Notes: generated by a model not told the origin, from the sequence alone. Numbered from the stretch's first letter, positions 18,715 to 27,026 are shown. The stretch is 32,000 nt of DNA from Kiritimatiella glycovorans (GCF_001017655.1 NZ_CP010904.1:2610001-2642000); one strand, 5' to 3'. Numbers and translations are program-made.

Positions 18715-20639
18715 AAGGCGATCCTGCGGCTCAGCTCGTCCACACAGTAGAGGGGCAGGGCGTGACCTTCCCCCTGCATCTCTTCGAGTCGCGCCGCCGG
18801 AAGCTCGGCCTCGAGCCGCCGCGCGGCTGCGACGGGCACGATGCCGTCGCACGATCCATGCAGCAGATGCACCCGGCCGCGCACCCCGGCGAGGAGGGGG
18901 AGGATATCAAAAGACTGAAGGAACCGGAGCCCGGCGGACAGAACTTCGACCCCCGCACTCAACACCTTTTCGATCCGGACCTCCGCACCCTCCGCGGCGC
19001 GCGGCGCGGCGGAGCGGCGGTAGAATTCACGCAGCACCGGCTCGGGGTCACTCCGAAGCATACGCTGCATCGTCCGGACCTCGGCAGACGCAACGCCGCA
19101 GGGCCAGCCGCGCCCCGAACAGAAGCGGGGCGTCACGCCGCAGAGCACGAGCCCGCCCGCGGGGCCATCTTCACGCACCGCCCTTTCGAGAAGCAGCATG
19201 GCACCCAGCGACCAGCCGGCATGCCGCTCGAACGGACCCTGCTCCGCGATCAGCGACTCAAGGCCGTCGACGAAAGGCTGTTCCGACTTCCCGCCCCCGC
19301 CCCGGCCCCACAGGTCCTCCGGCCCGGAGAGTACCACCTCATGACCGGTGTCGCGCAGAGCCTTTGCCAGGGGGTCAAGTTCCGCCGCCGGATAACCCCA
19401 CCCGGACAGGAGGAGAATGCGGCGTGCGGAGTCGGAGGGCATGACGGTCCGACCCCGCTCCCGGTCCGGATTTGAATCCTGCCTCATCGTCTCCCCCAAC
19501 ACCGCCGCCGCGCGCCGGAGGTCGTCCTCCTGATGGGCGAGGGTGAGCGAGAAGCGGAGGCGCGCGGTGCCCTCCGGCACGGTGGGCGGACGGATGGCCG
19601 GAACGAGGATCGCCTTTTTCTCCAGAGCGGCGGAAAGGCCGACCGCCGCCCGGTCCTCGCCGACGATCACGGGAACGATCTGGCTTTCGGAATCCTTCAC
19701 CGCCACCCCCTGCGCGCGGAGCGCGGCGCGGAACAGATCCGCACGACGGAGCAGTTCCGGCCCCGGCGCGGGGTCCGCTTCGACCACGTCCAGCGCGCCG
19801 AGCGCGGCGCCCATGGCGGCGGGCGGCGGGGCGGTGCTGTAGATGAATGAACGCGAGCCGTTCACCAACCACTCGCGCAGCTTCGCGTCGCACGCCGCGA
19901 ATCCGCCGCAGCTCGCGAGCGCCTTGCTGAGCGTACCCATGTCCACGGTAACCGCATCCGCCCCGTTCTGATCCGCCAGGCGGCCGCGGCCGCGTTCACC
20001 GAATACGCCCGACGCGTGGGCCTCGTCGACCAGCAGCATGGCCCCGTGAGCATGGGCGAGGCCTGCGAGTTCCTCCAGCGGGGCGAGATCGCCGTCCATG
20101 CTGAACACGGATTCGGTGACGACCAGGATGCGGCGGGTCTTCCCCGGCAGTGATTTCAGGCGGCGCTCGAGGTCCTGCGGATCGTTGTGACGGAACCGGA
20201 TGAGCCGGGCGCGGCTGAGCACGGCGGCGTCGAGCAGGCTGGCGTGGGCGAGCCGGTCGGCGAGCACCACATCGCCCCGTCCCGCGAGCCGGGGAAGGAT
20301 CCCCGCGTTGGCCGCATAACCGCTCCCGAAGACCAGCGCGGCCTCGCGCCCCTTCCAGGCCGCGATCCGGTGCTCCAGGGTTTCATGCGGCGGGAGCGTG
20401 CCGCAGACCAGCCGCGAGGCCGTGGCCCCCGCCCCGTACTGTTCCAGGGCCTCCCGTGCCGCGGCGATCACGCGGGGGTTGCGGGCCAGGTCGAGGTAGT
20501 CGTTCGAGGAGAAATTGAGCGTCTCGCGTCCGTCCAGCTCCAGTTTCCCGCCCGCGGCGGGAAACACGCGCGTTCGCCGGAGGCGGCCACCGGTCCGCAG
20601 CCGTTCCAGGCCGGATTCGATCCAGTCCATGGAGGTCAC
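18711..20639 (-). CDS. bioF: Fusion protein: 8-amino-7-oxononanoate synthase (BioF) with a BioH-like alpha/beta-hydrolase (pimeloyl-ACP methyl ester esterase-like) C-terminal domain
   Basis: Residues ~1-390 are BioF: NFSSNDYLDLA, SGYAANAG, ESVFSMDGD, VDEAHASGVFG, and the PLP lysine context TLSKALASCGG. Residues ~400-642 have RILLLSGWGY, the nucleophile elbow HAGWSLGA, and LLHGSCDGIVP...GEGHALPL. No stop separates the halves. The start is GTG 20639 or ATG 20630. Confidence 0.85.
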   Translation of the reverse strand: MTSMDWIESGLERLRTGGRLRRTRVFPAAGGKLELDGRETLNFSSNDYLDLARNPRVIAAAREALEQYGAGATASRLVCGTLPPHETLEHRIAAWKGREAALVFGSGYAANAGILPRLAGRGDVVLADRLAHASLLDAAVLSRARLIRFRHNDPQDLERRLKSLPGKTRRILVVTESVFSMDGDLAPLEELAGLAHAHGAMLLVDEAHASGVFGERGRGRLADQNGADAVTVDMGTLSKALASCGGFAACDAKLREWLVNGSRSFIYSTAPPPAAMGAALGALDVVEADPAPGPELLRRADLFRAALRAQGVAVKDSESQIVPVIVGEDRAAVGLSAALEKKAILVPAIRPPTVPEGTARLRFSLTLAHQEDDLRRAAAVLGETMRQDSNPDRERGRTVMPSDSARRILLLSGWGYPAAELDPLAKALRDTGHEVVLSGPEDLWGRGGGGKSEQPFVDGLESLIAEQGPFERHAGWSLGAMLLLERAVREDGPAGGLVLCGVTPRFCSGRGWPCGVASAEVRTMQRMLRSDPEPVLREFYRRSAAPRAAEGAEVRIEKVLSAGVEVLSAGLRFLQSFDILPLLAGVRGRVHLLHGSCDGIVPVAAARRLEAELPAARLEEMQGEGHALPLYCVDELSRRIAL

Positions 20640-21424
20640 GGGCGCAGACCCTCCCGGAGCGCGGCCAGCGCGGCGCCGGGATCGGGCTGCCGCAGGAGGT
20701 GCTCGCCGACCAGGACGCCGGCGACATCGGCCTCCCGGAGTGTACGGATATCCTGCGCGGACCGGATTCCGCTCTCGCTGACGACCAGCGCATTATCCGG
20801 CAGCCCCGGCCGCAGCCGGAGCGTGGTTTCGATGCGGGTCTCGAAGGTGCGCAGATCGCGGTTATTGATCCCGATCCAGCGCGCGCCGCTGTCGACCGCG
20901 GCGGCGGCCTCCTCCGCGGAGTGGATCTCGACCAGCGGCTCGAGTCCGCACGCCCGGCAGCGCTCCGCCATCCCGTTCAGTTCATCGGGCTCCAGCACGG
21001 CGGCGATCAGCAGCACGGCGGAGGCGCCCGACATGCGCGCGTGATACACCTGCCAGTCCTCGACCACGAATTCCTTGTAGAGCATGGGGAGGCGCGTGGA
21101 CTTGCGCGCCGCCTCGAAATCGTCCTCGCCCCCGCCGAAGTAGCGGTAGTCCATGAGGCAGGATACGGCCTGCGCGCCGCGGTCTTCGTACGCGCGCGCG
21201 AGGGCGGCCGGATCGAAGTCCGCACGGATCACGCCTGCGGAGGGCGAGCGGCGTTTGATCTCGGCGATAAACCCGAACCCTTCGGCGCAGAGCGAAGCGG
21301 TCCAGTCCGGCGCGGGCGCATCCGCGGCCCCGGCCTGCTCGCGCATCGTCTCCGCGGGGACGTGTTCGCGCAGCTCCGCGATCTCGCGCCGTTTATGCGC
21401 TACGATCTCCTCGAGAATGTTCAC
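20636..21424 (-). CDS. trpC: Indole-3-glycerol phosphate synthase
   Basis: ORF 20636..21715 trimmed to GTG 21424 ((M)NILEEIVAHKRREI...), which forms a GTGA overlap with the prfB stop. TrpC motifs: IAEIKRRSPSAG, LYKEFVVEDWQVYHAR, LVEIHSAEE, IGINNRDLRTFE and VSESGI. The upstream part of the track ORF lies inside prfB and is an artefact. Confidence 0.9.
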   Translation of the reverse strand: MNILEEIVAHKRREIAELREHVPAETMREQAGAADAPAPDWTASLCAEGFGFIAEIKRRSPSAGVIRADFDPAALARAYEDRGAQAVSCLMDYRYFGGGEDDFEAARKSTRLPMLYKEFVVEDWQVYHARMSGASAVLLIAAVLEPDELNGMAERCRACGLEPLVEIHSAEEAAAAVDSGARWIGINNRDLRTFETRIETTLRLRPGLPDNALVVSESGIRSAQDIRTLREADVAGVLVGEHLLRQPDPGAALAALREGLRP

Positions 21425-22542
21425 GCCGATTCCTGCTGTTTCTTTTTCAGGTACGCCTCGATGAACTCGTCGAGGTCGCCGTCGAGCACGCCCTGGACAT
21501 TCCCCACCTGCACGTGGGTCCGGTGGTCCTTGACCATCGTGTAGGGCTGCATGACGTAGGAGCGGATCTGGTGGCCCCAGGCGATTTCGCCCTTCTGGCC
21601 GTAGAGCTTCTCGATGTCCTTGCGCTTCTGGTCCTCCTCCATCTCGTAGAGTTTGGCCTTCAGCATCTTCATCGCGACGGCGCGGTTCTTGTGCTGCGAC
21701 CGTTCCGCCTGGCACTGGACGACCGTGCCGGTGGGTTCGTGGACGATCCGCACGGCGGAGTCGGTGGTGTTCACATGCTGGCCGCCGGCTCCGCTCGAGC
21801 GGTAGGTGTCCACGCGGAGATCCTTGTCCTCGATCTCCACGTCAATGTCCTCGTCAAACTCCGGCATCACGTCGAGCGCGGCGAAGGAGGTGTGCCGGCG
21901 TCCGGCGCTGTCGAACGGGCTGATCCGGACCAGCCGGTGGCAGCCGCGCTCGGCCTTGAGGTAACCGTAGGCGTAGGGTCCCTCGACCAGCAGGGTCGCG
22001 CCCTTGAGACCCGCCTCGTCGCCCGGCTGGTAGTGCAGGGTCTGGACCTTGTAGTCGTGGCGCTCGAAATAGCGCATGTACATCCGGCAGAGCATGTCGG
22101 CCCAGTCGCAGGATTCCGTGCCGCCCGCTCCGGCGTGGATGCTGACGTAGGCGTTCTTCGAATCCATCGGACCGCTCAGCAGCGACTGCAGTTCGAGCTT
22201 GCGGAACGAGGTTTCCAGTTCGTGCAGCAGCCGTTCGGCGTCGGCCAATGCCGTATGGCGCTCTTCGCCCTCGTCCTCGCCTTCGGCCAGCTCGAGCATG
22301 ACATCGACATCCTCCAGCTTCTGCGCGAGGGCGTCGCAGGGCTCGATTACGCTGCGCAGGCTCTTGGAGTGGGCGATGCGTTTCTGCGCGCGGTCCGGGT
22401 CGTCCCAGAACCCCGGCTGTGCGGCCTCGTCTTCGACGGAGGCCAGTTCCTTCCGTTTCTCCTCGAGTCCGAGGTAGCCCTGCATCTCTTCAAGCCGCGC
22501 CCGGAACGCGTCGGCGTGCTGTCTGAGTTCGTCCAGTTCCAT
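21421..22542 (-). CDS. prfB: Peptide chain release factor 2, encoded in a single uninterrupted frame
   Basis: It has the SPF tripeptide (RISPFDSAGRRHTSFA) and GGQ (SGAGGQHVNTTDSAVRI). It is 373 aa from ATG 22542, with an AGGGAG SD upstream. The usual frameshift region reads EMQGYLGLEEKRKEL with no internal TGA. Confidence 0.95.
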   Translation of the reverse strand: MELDELRQHADAFRARLEEMQGYLGLEEKRKELASVEDEAAQPGFWDDPDRAQKRIAHSKSLRSVIEPCDALAQKLEDVDVMLELAEGEDEGEERHTALADAERLLHELETSFRKLELQSLLSGPMDSKNAYVSIHAGAGGTESCDWADMLCRMYMRYFERHDYKVQTLHYQPGDEAGLKGATLLVEGPYAYGYLKAERGCHRLVRISPFDSAGRRHTSFAALDVMPEFDEDIDVEIEDKDLRVDTYRSSGAGGQHVNTTDSAVRIVHEPTGTVVQCQAERSQHKNRAVAMKMLKAKLYEMEEDQKRKDIEKLYGQKGEIAWGHQIRSYVMQPYTMVKDHRTHVQVGNVQGVLDGDLDEFIEAYLKKKQQESA

Positions 22543-22642
22543 GCGTGCTCCCTGTGTTGATCCGCGGGAGTATAGGATGGGAGCGCATCCGTGTAAACGT
22601 CCCTTCGAAAACGGTTATTCGTGGGTTTTTATGGCAATACGC

Positions 22643-22733
22643 GTACTCGTACTCGGAGCGCCGAAGGCGCGATCCCCCTCCCCCGATTCGAGGAACTCGA
22701 GTACGAGTACCGCTTCGCTGAGTACGAGTACGA
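22643..22733. repeat. Hexamer-based inverted/direct repeat cluster in the prfB upstream intergenic region
   Basis: gtactcgtactcg (22643-22655) is the perfect reverse complement of cgagtacgagtac (22698-22710). A further direct copy gagtacgagtac lies at 22720-22731. An inner hairpin gcgcc-gaa-ggcgc lies at 22658-22670. Confidence 0.7.
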
Positions 22734-22995
22734 ATTATGTTCTCTCTGAATCCCGATTTCGACTTCGATCCGGATTTCGAGATCCCATCCGTGTGATCGG
22801 TGTAATCCGTGGTCGAAAACACAAGAAAGGTCTCTCGCAAAGGCGCCGGGACCGCAAAGATGGATGAGAACAGCACAGGCAAAGAACCCGTGGACGCCGC
22901 GAGGACGATCCATCGTGAACTTGGTCCAGGGCTTTAACCGGCGGACTCAGGGCGGGAAGCCGAAGGGGCGTGTGCATGCCCGCGTCCGGAACCCC

Positions 22996-24354
22996 CTATC
23001 CCCTCGATCGCGCGATCCGTTCGACCTGTTCGATATAGCGCTGGACGTCCTCGCGCGGATCCAGCCTCTGGGCGCGGCGCAGGAGCGGGAGGGCTTTTTC
23101 GAATCTGGACTGCCGGACCAGGAGCTGTCCGTGGTGGAGTTTGGCTTCGGCCTCGAATTCCTCCAGTTTTTCAGCCCGCTCAAAATAAAAGATCGCCTTC
23201 TCGGCCTGGTCTTCCGAGGCGTAATGCCGGCCGAGCAGGACCAGCGCGTCGCCATCGGTGGGGTTGCGTTCGACGACCTGTTCGAGGATCTCCGCCTGTT
23301 TCCCGCCCCGGCCTTCGGCCACGGCGATGCGGGCCTCGAGTTTGAGCAGGCGCGTCGCCCTCTCGTCCGCCAGGGTTTTTCCGTACACCTCGCGGACGCG
23401 TCCGATGAGCCGCTTCGACTCTTCGAGCGCCCCGCGGGCTGCGAGCACCTCGGCGTTGCGCAGCGGCCGGTCGACCGGCTGTCCGGGCTCGCTTTCGAGG
23501 GCGCGGAGGTAGACCTCCGCGGCGGCGGCGAGCATCTTCTCGTTCACATAGATATCGCCCAGCGTATTGAGGGCGCGTACATCGGCCTCGTTCCGCATGC
23601 GCAGATACTCGAAATTGCGCGCGGCCTGCAGCGGCTGTTTCATGCCCAGATAGGCATTGGCCTGCAGCAGCCAGAAGTCCTTACGCTCCGGATCGTCCCC
23701 GATCAGGGTGGAGGCCAGCGCGGCGGACTCCTCGTACTTCTCCTGTTTGAACAGGCTCTGGGCCAGTCCGAGCTTCCAGTCGACCGTATCCGGCTGCAGC
23801 AGCACGGCGCGGCGATACGCCGTCTCGGCGGGAACCTGTTCACCGACGCTCATATAGGCGTACCCCAGCAACCCGAAGGTCAGACCGTCGCCCGCGCCGA
23901 GGGCGATCGCCTCACTCAGCGGCTTGAGGGCTTTTTCGTACTCGCCGTTGCGGACATAAATCATGCCGAGGTTTTTCTGGGCGCGCAGGAAGCTCGGCAA
24001 TTTTTCGACGGCCGCCTCGTAATGCCGAACCGCGGCCCCGAGGTCGTCGAGCTGGAAGCAGACGTTGGCGAGCGTAAAATCGAACATCGCCGTGGAGGCT
24101 TCTCCGGTCTGCTTTTCGAGAAAGGCGCGCGCCTTTTCGGGTTCTTCCGCGCTCATGAACTCCAGAACCTTCTCGAGCTTTTCGCGCTCCACGCTGCTCA
24201 CACGCGGCTCGGTCTCCTGGTTTACCGCGTAGGAACCGAGGAAGCGCTGCCGGAAACCGGGATCGTTCCAGAGGTTGAGTTCCGGCGGCTCCTCTGCAGC
24301 CGCCATCGCGCTTCCCGCCAGAAGCATCGTCACCATCATCGCCAGATATTTCAT
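22996..24354 (-). CDS. Periplasmic TPR-repeat protein of the TonB locus (TtpD-like)
   Basis: ORF 22996..24477 trimmed to ATG 24354 (MKYLAMMVTMLLAGSAMAAAEE signal peptide; an alternative ATG is 24381). It carries multiple TPR-like repeats (e.g. NLGMIYVRNGEYEKALKPLSEAIAL, LGYAYMSVGEQVPAETAYRRAVLLQP) and is the last gene of the TonB cluster. Confidence 0.8.
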   Translation of the reverse strand: MKYLAMMVTMLLAGSAMAAAEEPPELNLWNDPGFRQRFLGSYAVNQETEPRVSSVEREKLEKVLEFMSAEEPEKARAFLEKQTGEASTAMFDFTLANVCFQLDDLGAAVRHYEAAVEKLPSFLRAQKNLGMIYVRNGEYEKALKPLSEAIALGAGDGLTFGLLGYAYMSVGEQVPAETAYRRAVLLQPDTVDWKLGLAQSLFKQEKYEESAALASTLIGDDPERKDFWLLQANAYLGMKQPLQAARNFEYLRMRNEADVRALNTLGDIYVNEKMLAAAAEVYLRALESEPGQPVDRPLRNAEVLAARGALEESKRLIGRVREVYGKTLADERATRLLKLEARIAVAEGRGGKQAEILEQVVERNPTDGDALVLLGRHYASEDQAEKAIFYFERAEKLEEFEAEAKLHHGQLLVRQSRFEKALPLLRRAQRLDPREDVQRYIEQVERIARSRG

Positions 24355-24463
24355 CGTCCTGCTCCGCTGTTGGCTTTTCATGATCCGTCTGCGCTGAACG
24401 CCGTCCGCGCCATGGTGAAAACTTTTCATGTCCTTCCCTCCCTCATGTAGAGCCTCCCGCATC

Positions 24464-25135
24464 TTATCCTGCCGCAAAACTGATCGGGACGCGCATCCTG
24501 AACCGGACGGGCTTGCCTTTGCGCTTTCCGGGCTCGAATTTCCATTTTTTGACCGCCTTGAGCGCGGGCTCCTCGAAGGCGGGGTGCGTGGATTTCTGCA
24601 CCCTGGCCTGCTCCACGCGGCCGCTCGTGTTGACCACGAAAATCACGTAAACGGTACCCTCCACCCCCTTGCTTCGCAGGTCGGGGGGGTAACGCGGCGC
24701 AGGCTGGTAGAGCACGCGCGGGCGCTGATCGAGCTGGGCCATGCTGAAAATGGCGTCCATCTCTGCTTTCTGCGCCGAGCCCAGATCGAGGTTCACGGCG
24801 AAATCGCCGCCCCAGTCGCCGCCCATACCCGGATTGAGCGCCAGCTCAAGCTGGGAGAGGTCGAGCGGCTGCGACTCCTGCTGCAGTTCGGGTTCGGGCT
24901 CTTCCGGCGGCTCCTCCTGCTCGGGTTCGGGGGGAGGCGGAGGCGGAGGCTCGAGCTGGGCGGTCTGCACGGTGCGCAGCTCCATGTCGTCCTGCTGCAT
25001 CTGACCGATCGTCTGCAGCACGGGCAGGATCATGAAATAGGCCAGCGTAATGAGCAGCGCACCCGCGACGAGCAGCAGCGGGCGGAGCATCTTTGTCCAC
25101 ATCGCCGACGGCTTCTTATGGTATCCGTGAACCAC
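24464..25135 (-). CDS. tonB: TonB-family energy transducer
   Basis: N-terminal TM anchor (LLLVAGALLITLAYFMILPVL) and a Pro/Glu-rich spacer (EPPPPPPPEPEQEEPPEEPEPE). The C-terminal TonB domain is PRYPPDLRSKGVEGTVYVIFVVNTSGRV...AVKKWKFEPGKRKGKPV. The start is GTG 25135 or ATG 25102. Confidence 0.88.
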   Translation of the reverse strand: MVHGYHKKPSAMWTKMLRPLLLVAGALLITLAYFMILPVLQTIGQMQQDDMELRTVQTAQLEPPPPPPPEPEQEEPPEEPEPELQQESQPLDLSQLELALNPGMGGDWGGDFAVNLDLGSAQKAEMDAIFSMAQLDQRPRVLYQPAPRYPPDLRSKGVEGTVYVIFVVNTSGRVEQARVQKSTHPAFEEPALKAVKKWKFEPGKRKGKPVRFRMRVPISFAAG

Positions 25136-25154
25136 CGTGTCTTGCTCCCCGCTG

Positions 25155-25568
25155 CTAGGACTTCTGCTTGCGCGTGGCGACGCTCACCTTTTCCGCGCCC
25201 GCCAGTTTCGCCTCGTCGATCACCCGCACCAGGATGCCCGACTGCACCTCGCGGTCGGCCTGAATGATGACCGGGACGTCCTCTTTCTGGAGCATGCGCT
25301 TGACCAGAGGGCGCACACCTCCGAGGCCGATCCGGTTTCCGCCGTAGACGACCTCGCCGTTGCCGGTGATGGCGATGAGGATGCTGTTCCGTTCGAGGTT
25401 CACGGAAGAGGCGGCCTGCGGCTTGTCGACTTCGACCCCCGTCTCCTCGACGAAGGTCGTCGTCACGATAAAGAAGATCAGCAGGATGAACACACAGTCG
25501 ATCAGCGGCGAGATGTTGACATCCGCCTCCTGCGTATCCTCGCGCATGGATGATCTGAATCTGCTCAT
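25155..25568 (-). CDS. exbD: ExbD/TolR biopolymer transport protein
   Basis: 137 aa. ADVNISPLIDCVFILLIFFIVTTTF is the canonical ExbD N-terminal TM, followed by the periplasmic domain (ILIAITGNGEVVYGG...VIIQADREV). GGGAGGA SD upstream. Confidence 0.9.
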   Translation of the reverse strand: MSRFRSSMREDTQEADVNISPLIDCVFILLIFFIVTTTFVEETGVEVDKPQAASSVNLERNSILIAITGNGEVVYGGNRIGLGGVRPLVKRMLQKEDVPVIIQADREVQSGILVRVIDEAKLAGAEKVSVATRKQKS

Positions 25569-25584
25569 GAGCAGTCCTCCCGAT

Positions 25585-26403
25585 TCAGTTTCTCAGACGT
25601 TCCTCGATTTCAGGGTTATGCACGGTGCGCGACTCAATGGGGCGTTCATGGATCGGGCGCGGCGCCCGGCCCGCGTCCGCCTCGCCGCTCCCGGCGTTCG
25701 GGGGCGCCATCGCCATCGGCGACCCCATGCCGGCCGCGCCGCCGAGCCGCCGGGCGGCGGCGGCCTGCTCGCGCAGACTCCCTCCGGCACCGCCGGCCGG
25801 CTGATCCTCGTCTCTCTTCCGCACCCTCGGGCGGCGGCGGCCTGCGACCACGGATCTGCGGCCGCGGCGACTGTCTTCTTTCACTTCCTCTTCAAATCCA
25901 AAGCGTTCGGGATCGACCTTCGCATTGCTGACCACCACGCGGGCTGCGGATTCTTCGCGTTTTTCCGCGGTGACCGGTTCCGGTGGCCTGTGCGGAGTCG
26001 CGGGGGCGTCCAGCGGCTTGAGCTTGAGTACGGCTTTCTTCCCGTCCCTGCGCATCGTCACGGTGCCGGCGGCCACATCAACCCCGGTCAGTTCGATCCC
26101 CTGGTAACGTTCTCCCGGCTTGAGCCATACGCTTTTATCGCTGGTGTTGTCGACCAGCCCGGCCTGCGGCCGGCCGTCGAAGCCTTCATACAACGTGCAT
26201 ATGCGCAGGTGCTTTGCGAACCGGTCGTCCATGACCGCTTTTCCATGCCCGGTTTCTTCTCCGCCTTCCGCCGCCGCGGCACCGAACGGCGCGCGCTCCA
26301 CGATCGGACGGTACCGGTCCCAGTCATGGATCGCCTCCGCCGTCCCCGCCGCGCAGAACGCGGGGAGAAGGACCGCTAAAACTCTGGCGGGCGCATCACT
26401 CAT
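25585..26403 (-). CDS. Uncharacterised secreted protein inserted between exbB and exbD (PilP/GspC-HR-like beta module plus a basic disordered tail)
   Basis: ORF 25585..26706 trimmed to ATG 26403 (MSDAPARVLAVLLPAFCAAGTAEA signal-like), 2 nt after the exbB stop. Core: LRICTLYEGFDGRPQAGLVDNTSDKSVWLKPGERYQGIELTGVDVAAGTVTMRRDGKKAVLKL. The C-terminal ~130 aa are R/G/A/P-rich. The upstream part of the track ORF overlaps exbB and is an artefact. Confidence 0.5.
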   Translation of the reverse strand: MSDAPARVLAVLLPAFCAAGTAEAIHDWDRYRPIVERAPFGAAAAEGGEETGHGKAVMDDRFAKHLRICTLYEGFDGRPQAGLVDNTSDKSVWLKPGERYQGIELTGVDVAAGTVTMRRDGKKAVLKLKPLDAPATPHRPPEPVTAEKREESAARVVVSNAKVDPERFGFEEEVKEDSRRGRRSVVAGRRRPRVRKRDEDQPAGGAGGSLREQAAAARRLGGAAGMGSPMAMAPPNAGSGEADAGRAPRPIHERPIESRTVHNPEIEERLRN

Positions 26404-26405
26404 CT

Positions 26406-27026
26406 TCAGACGGTCACCGCGGCCTGCTGCGTCTGCTTCCGGTGCAGCACCTGGGTGCACATGGTTTCGATGTGAGCAAGAAAGGCATCGTAGCGCTCGT
26501 GCTCGCGGTTGAGGTGATACTGGAAGAGCAGTCCGGCGAGCGCGATGATCAAGCCGGTTTCGGTCGTGATCAGCGCCTCGGAGATCCCCCCGGCGACCAT
26601 GTCCATCGTCTTGTCGCCGCCGGCGCCGGTCGAGAGCGCGAAGAACGTGGTCAGCATGCCGGTCACCGTGCCCAGCAGTCCGAGCAGCGGCGAAGCGGCC
26701 ACGCATACGCCGATCACCTGAAGATCGCGCTGGAAGGGGTGCATCTCCGTGCTGCGGAATTCGTCGAAGTGATGCCGCATGTCCTCGGTGTTCTCCGCGC
26801 CGAGCACGTACTCCAGCAGGCCGGCCACGGGCACGTGACGCCTGTGATTTCCGTCGTGGTAGCGCCGCCAGAAGCGGCCGGCGTCCTCCCGGTACCCCTT
26901 GTTCGCCAGCTTCATCTTCACGTGCAGTCCGACGGCGAAGAGGAAGAAGGCGTTCACCGCGATGGCGATCATCGCCCAGCCTCCGGAGATCCAGATTTCG
27001 ACGGCTTTATCCCATAATTCCATCAT
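26406..27026 (-). CDS. exbB: MotA/TolQ/ExbB proton-channel protein
   Basis: ORF 26406..27578 trimmed to ATGATG at 27026 (MMELWDKAVEIWISGGWAMIAI...), giving an ATGA overlap with the upstream stop. The canonical C-terminal channel motif is PLLGLLGTVTGMLTTF...GGISEALITTETGLIIALAGLLF. Confidence 0.9.
   Translation of the reverse strand: MMELWDKAVEIWISGGWAMIAIAVNAFFLFAVGLHVKMKLANKGYREDAGRFWRRYHDGNHRRHVPVAGLLEYVLGAENTEDMRHHFDEFRSTEMHPFQRDLQVIGVCVAASPLLGLLGTVTGMLTTFFALSTGAGGDKTMDMVAGGISEALITTETGLIIALAGLLFQYHLNREHERYDAFLAHIETMCTQVLHRKQTQQAAVTV

Noticed and set aside
22640-22800. Repeat cluster considered as a CRISPR array.
   Set aside because: The repeats are 7-13 nt with irregular spacing and mixed orientation, and there are no cas genes. 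It does not have CRISPR-like periodicity.
26404-26706. N-terminal extensions of track ORFs 25585..26706, 26406..27578, 20636..21715, 17938..18852, 1011..2516 and 4902..7640.
   Set aside because: The extensions overlap the preceding well-supported gene and are Arg-rich junk. Internal starts give canonical N-termini, signal peptides, SDs or 4-nt stop/start overlaps.
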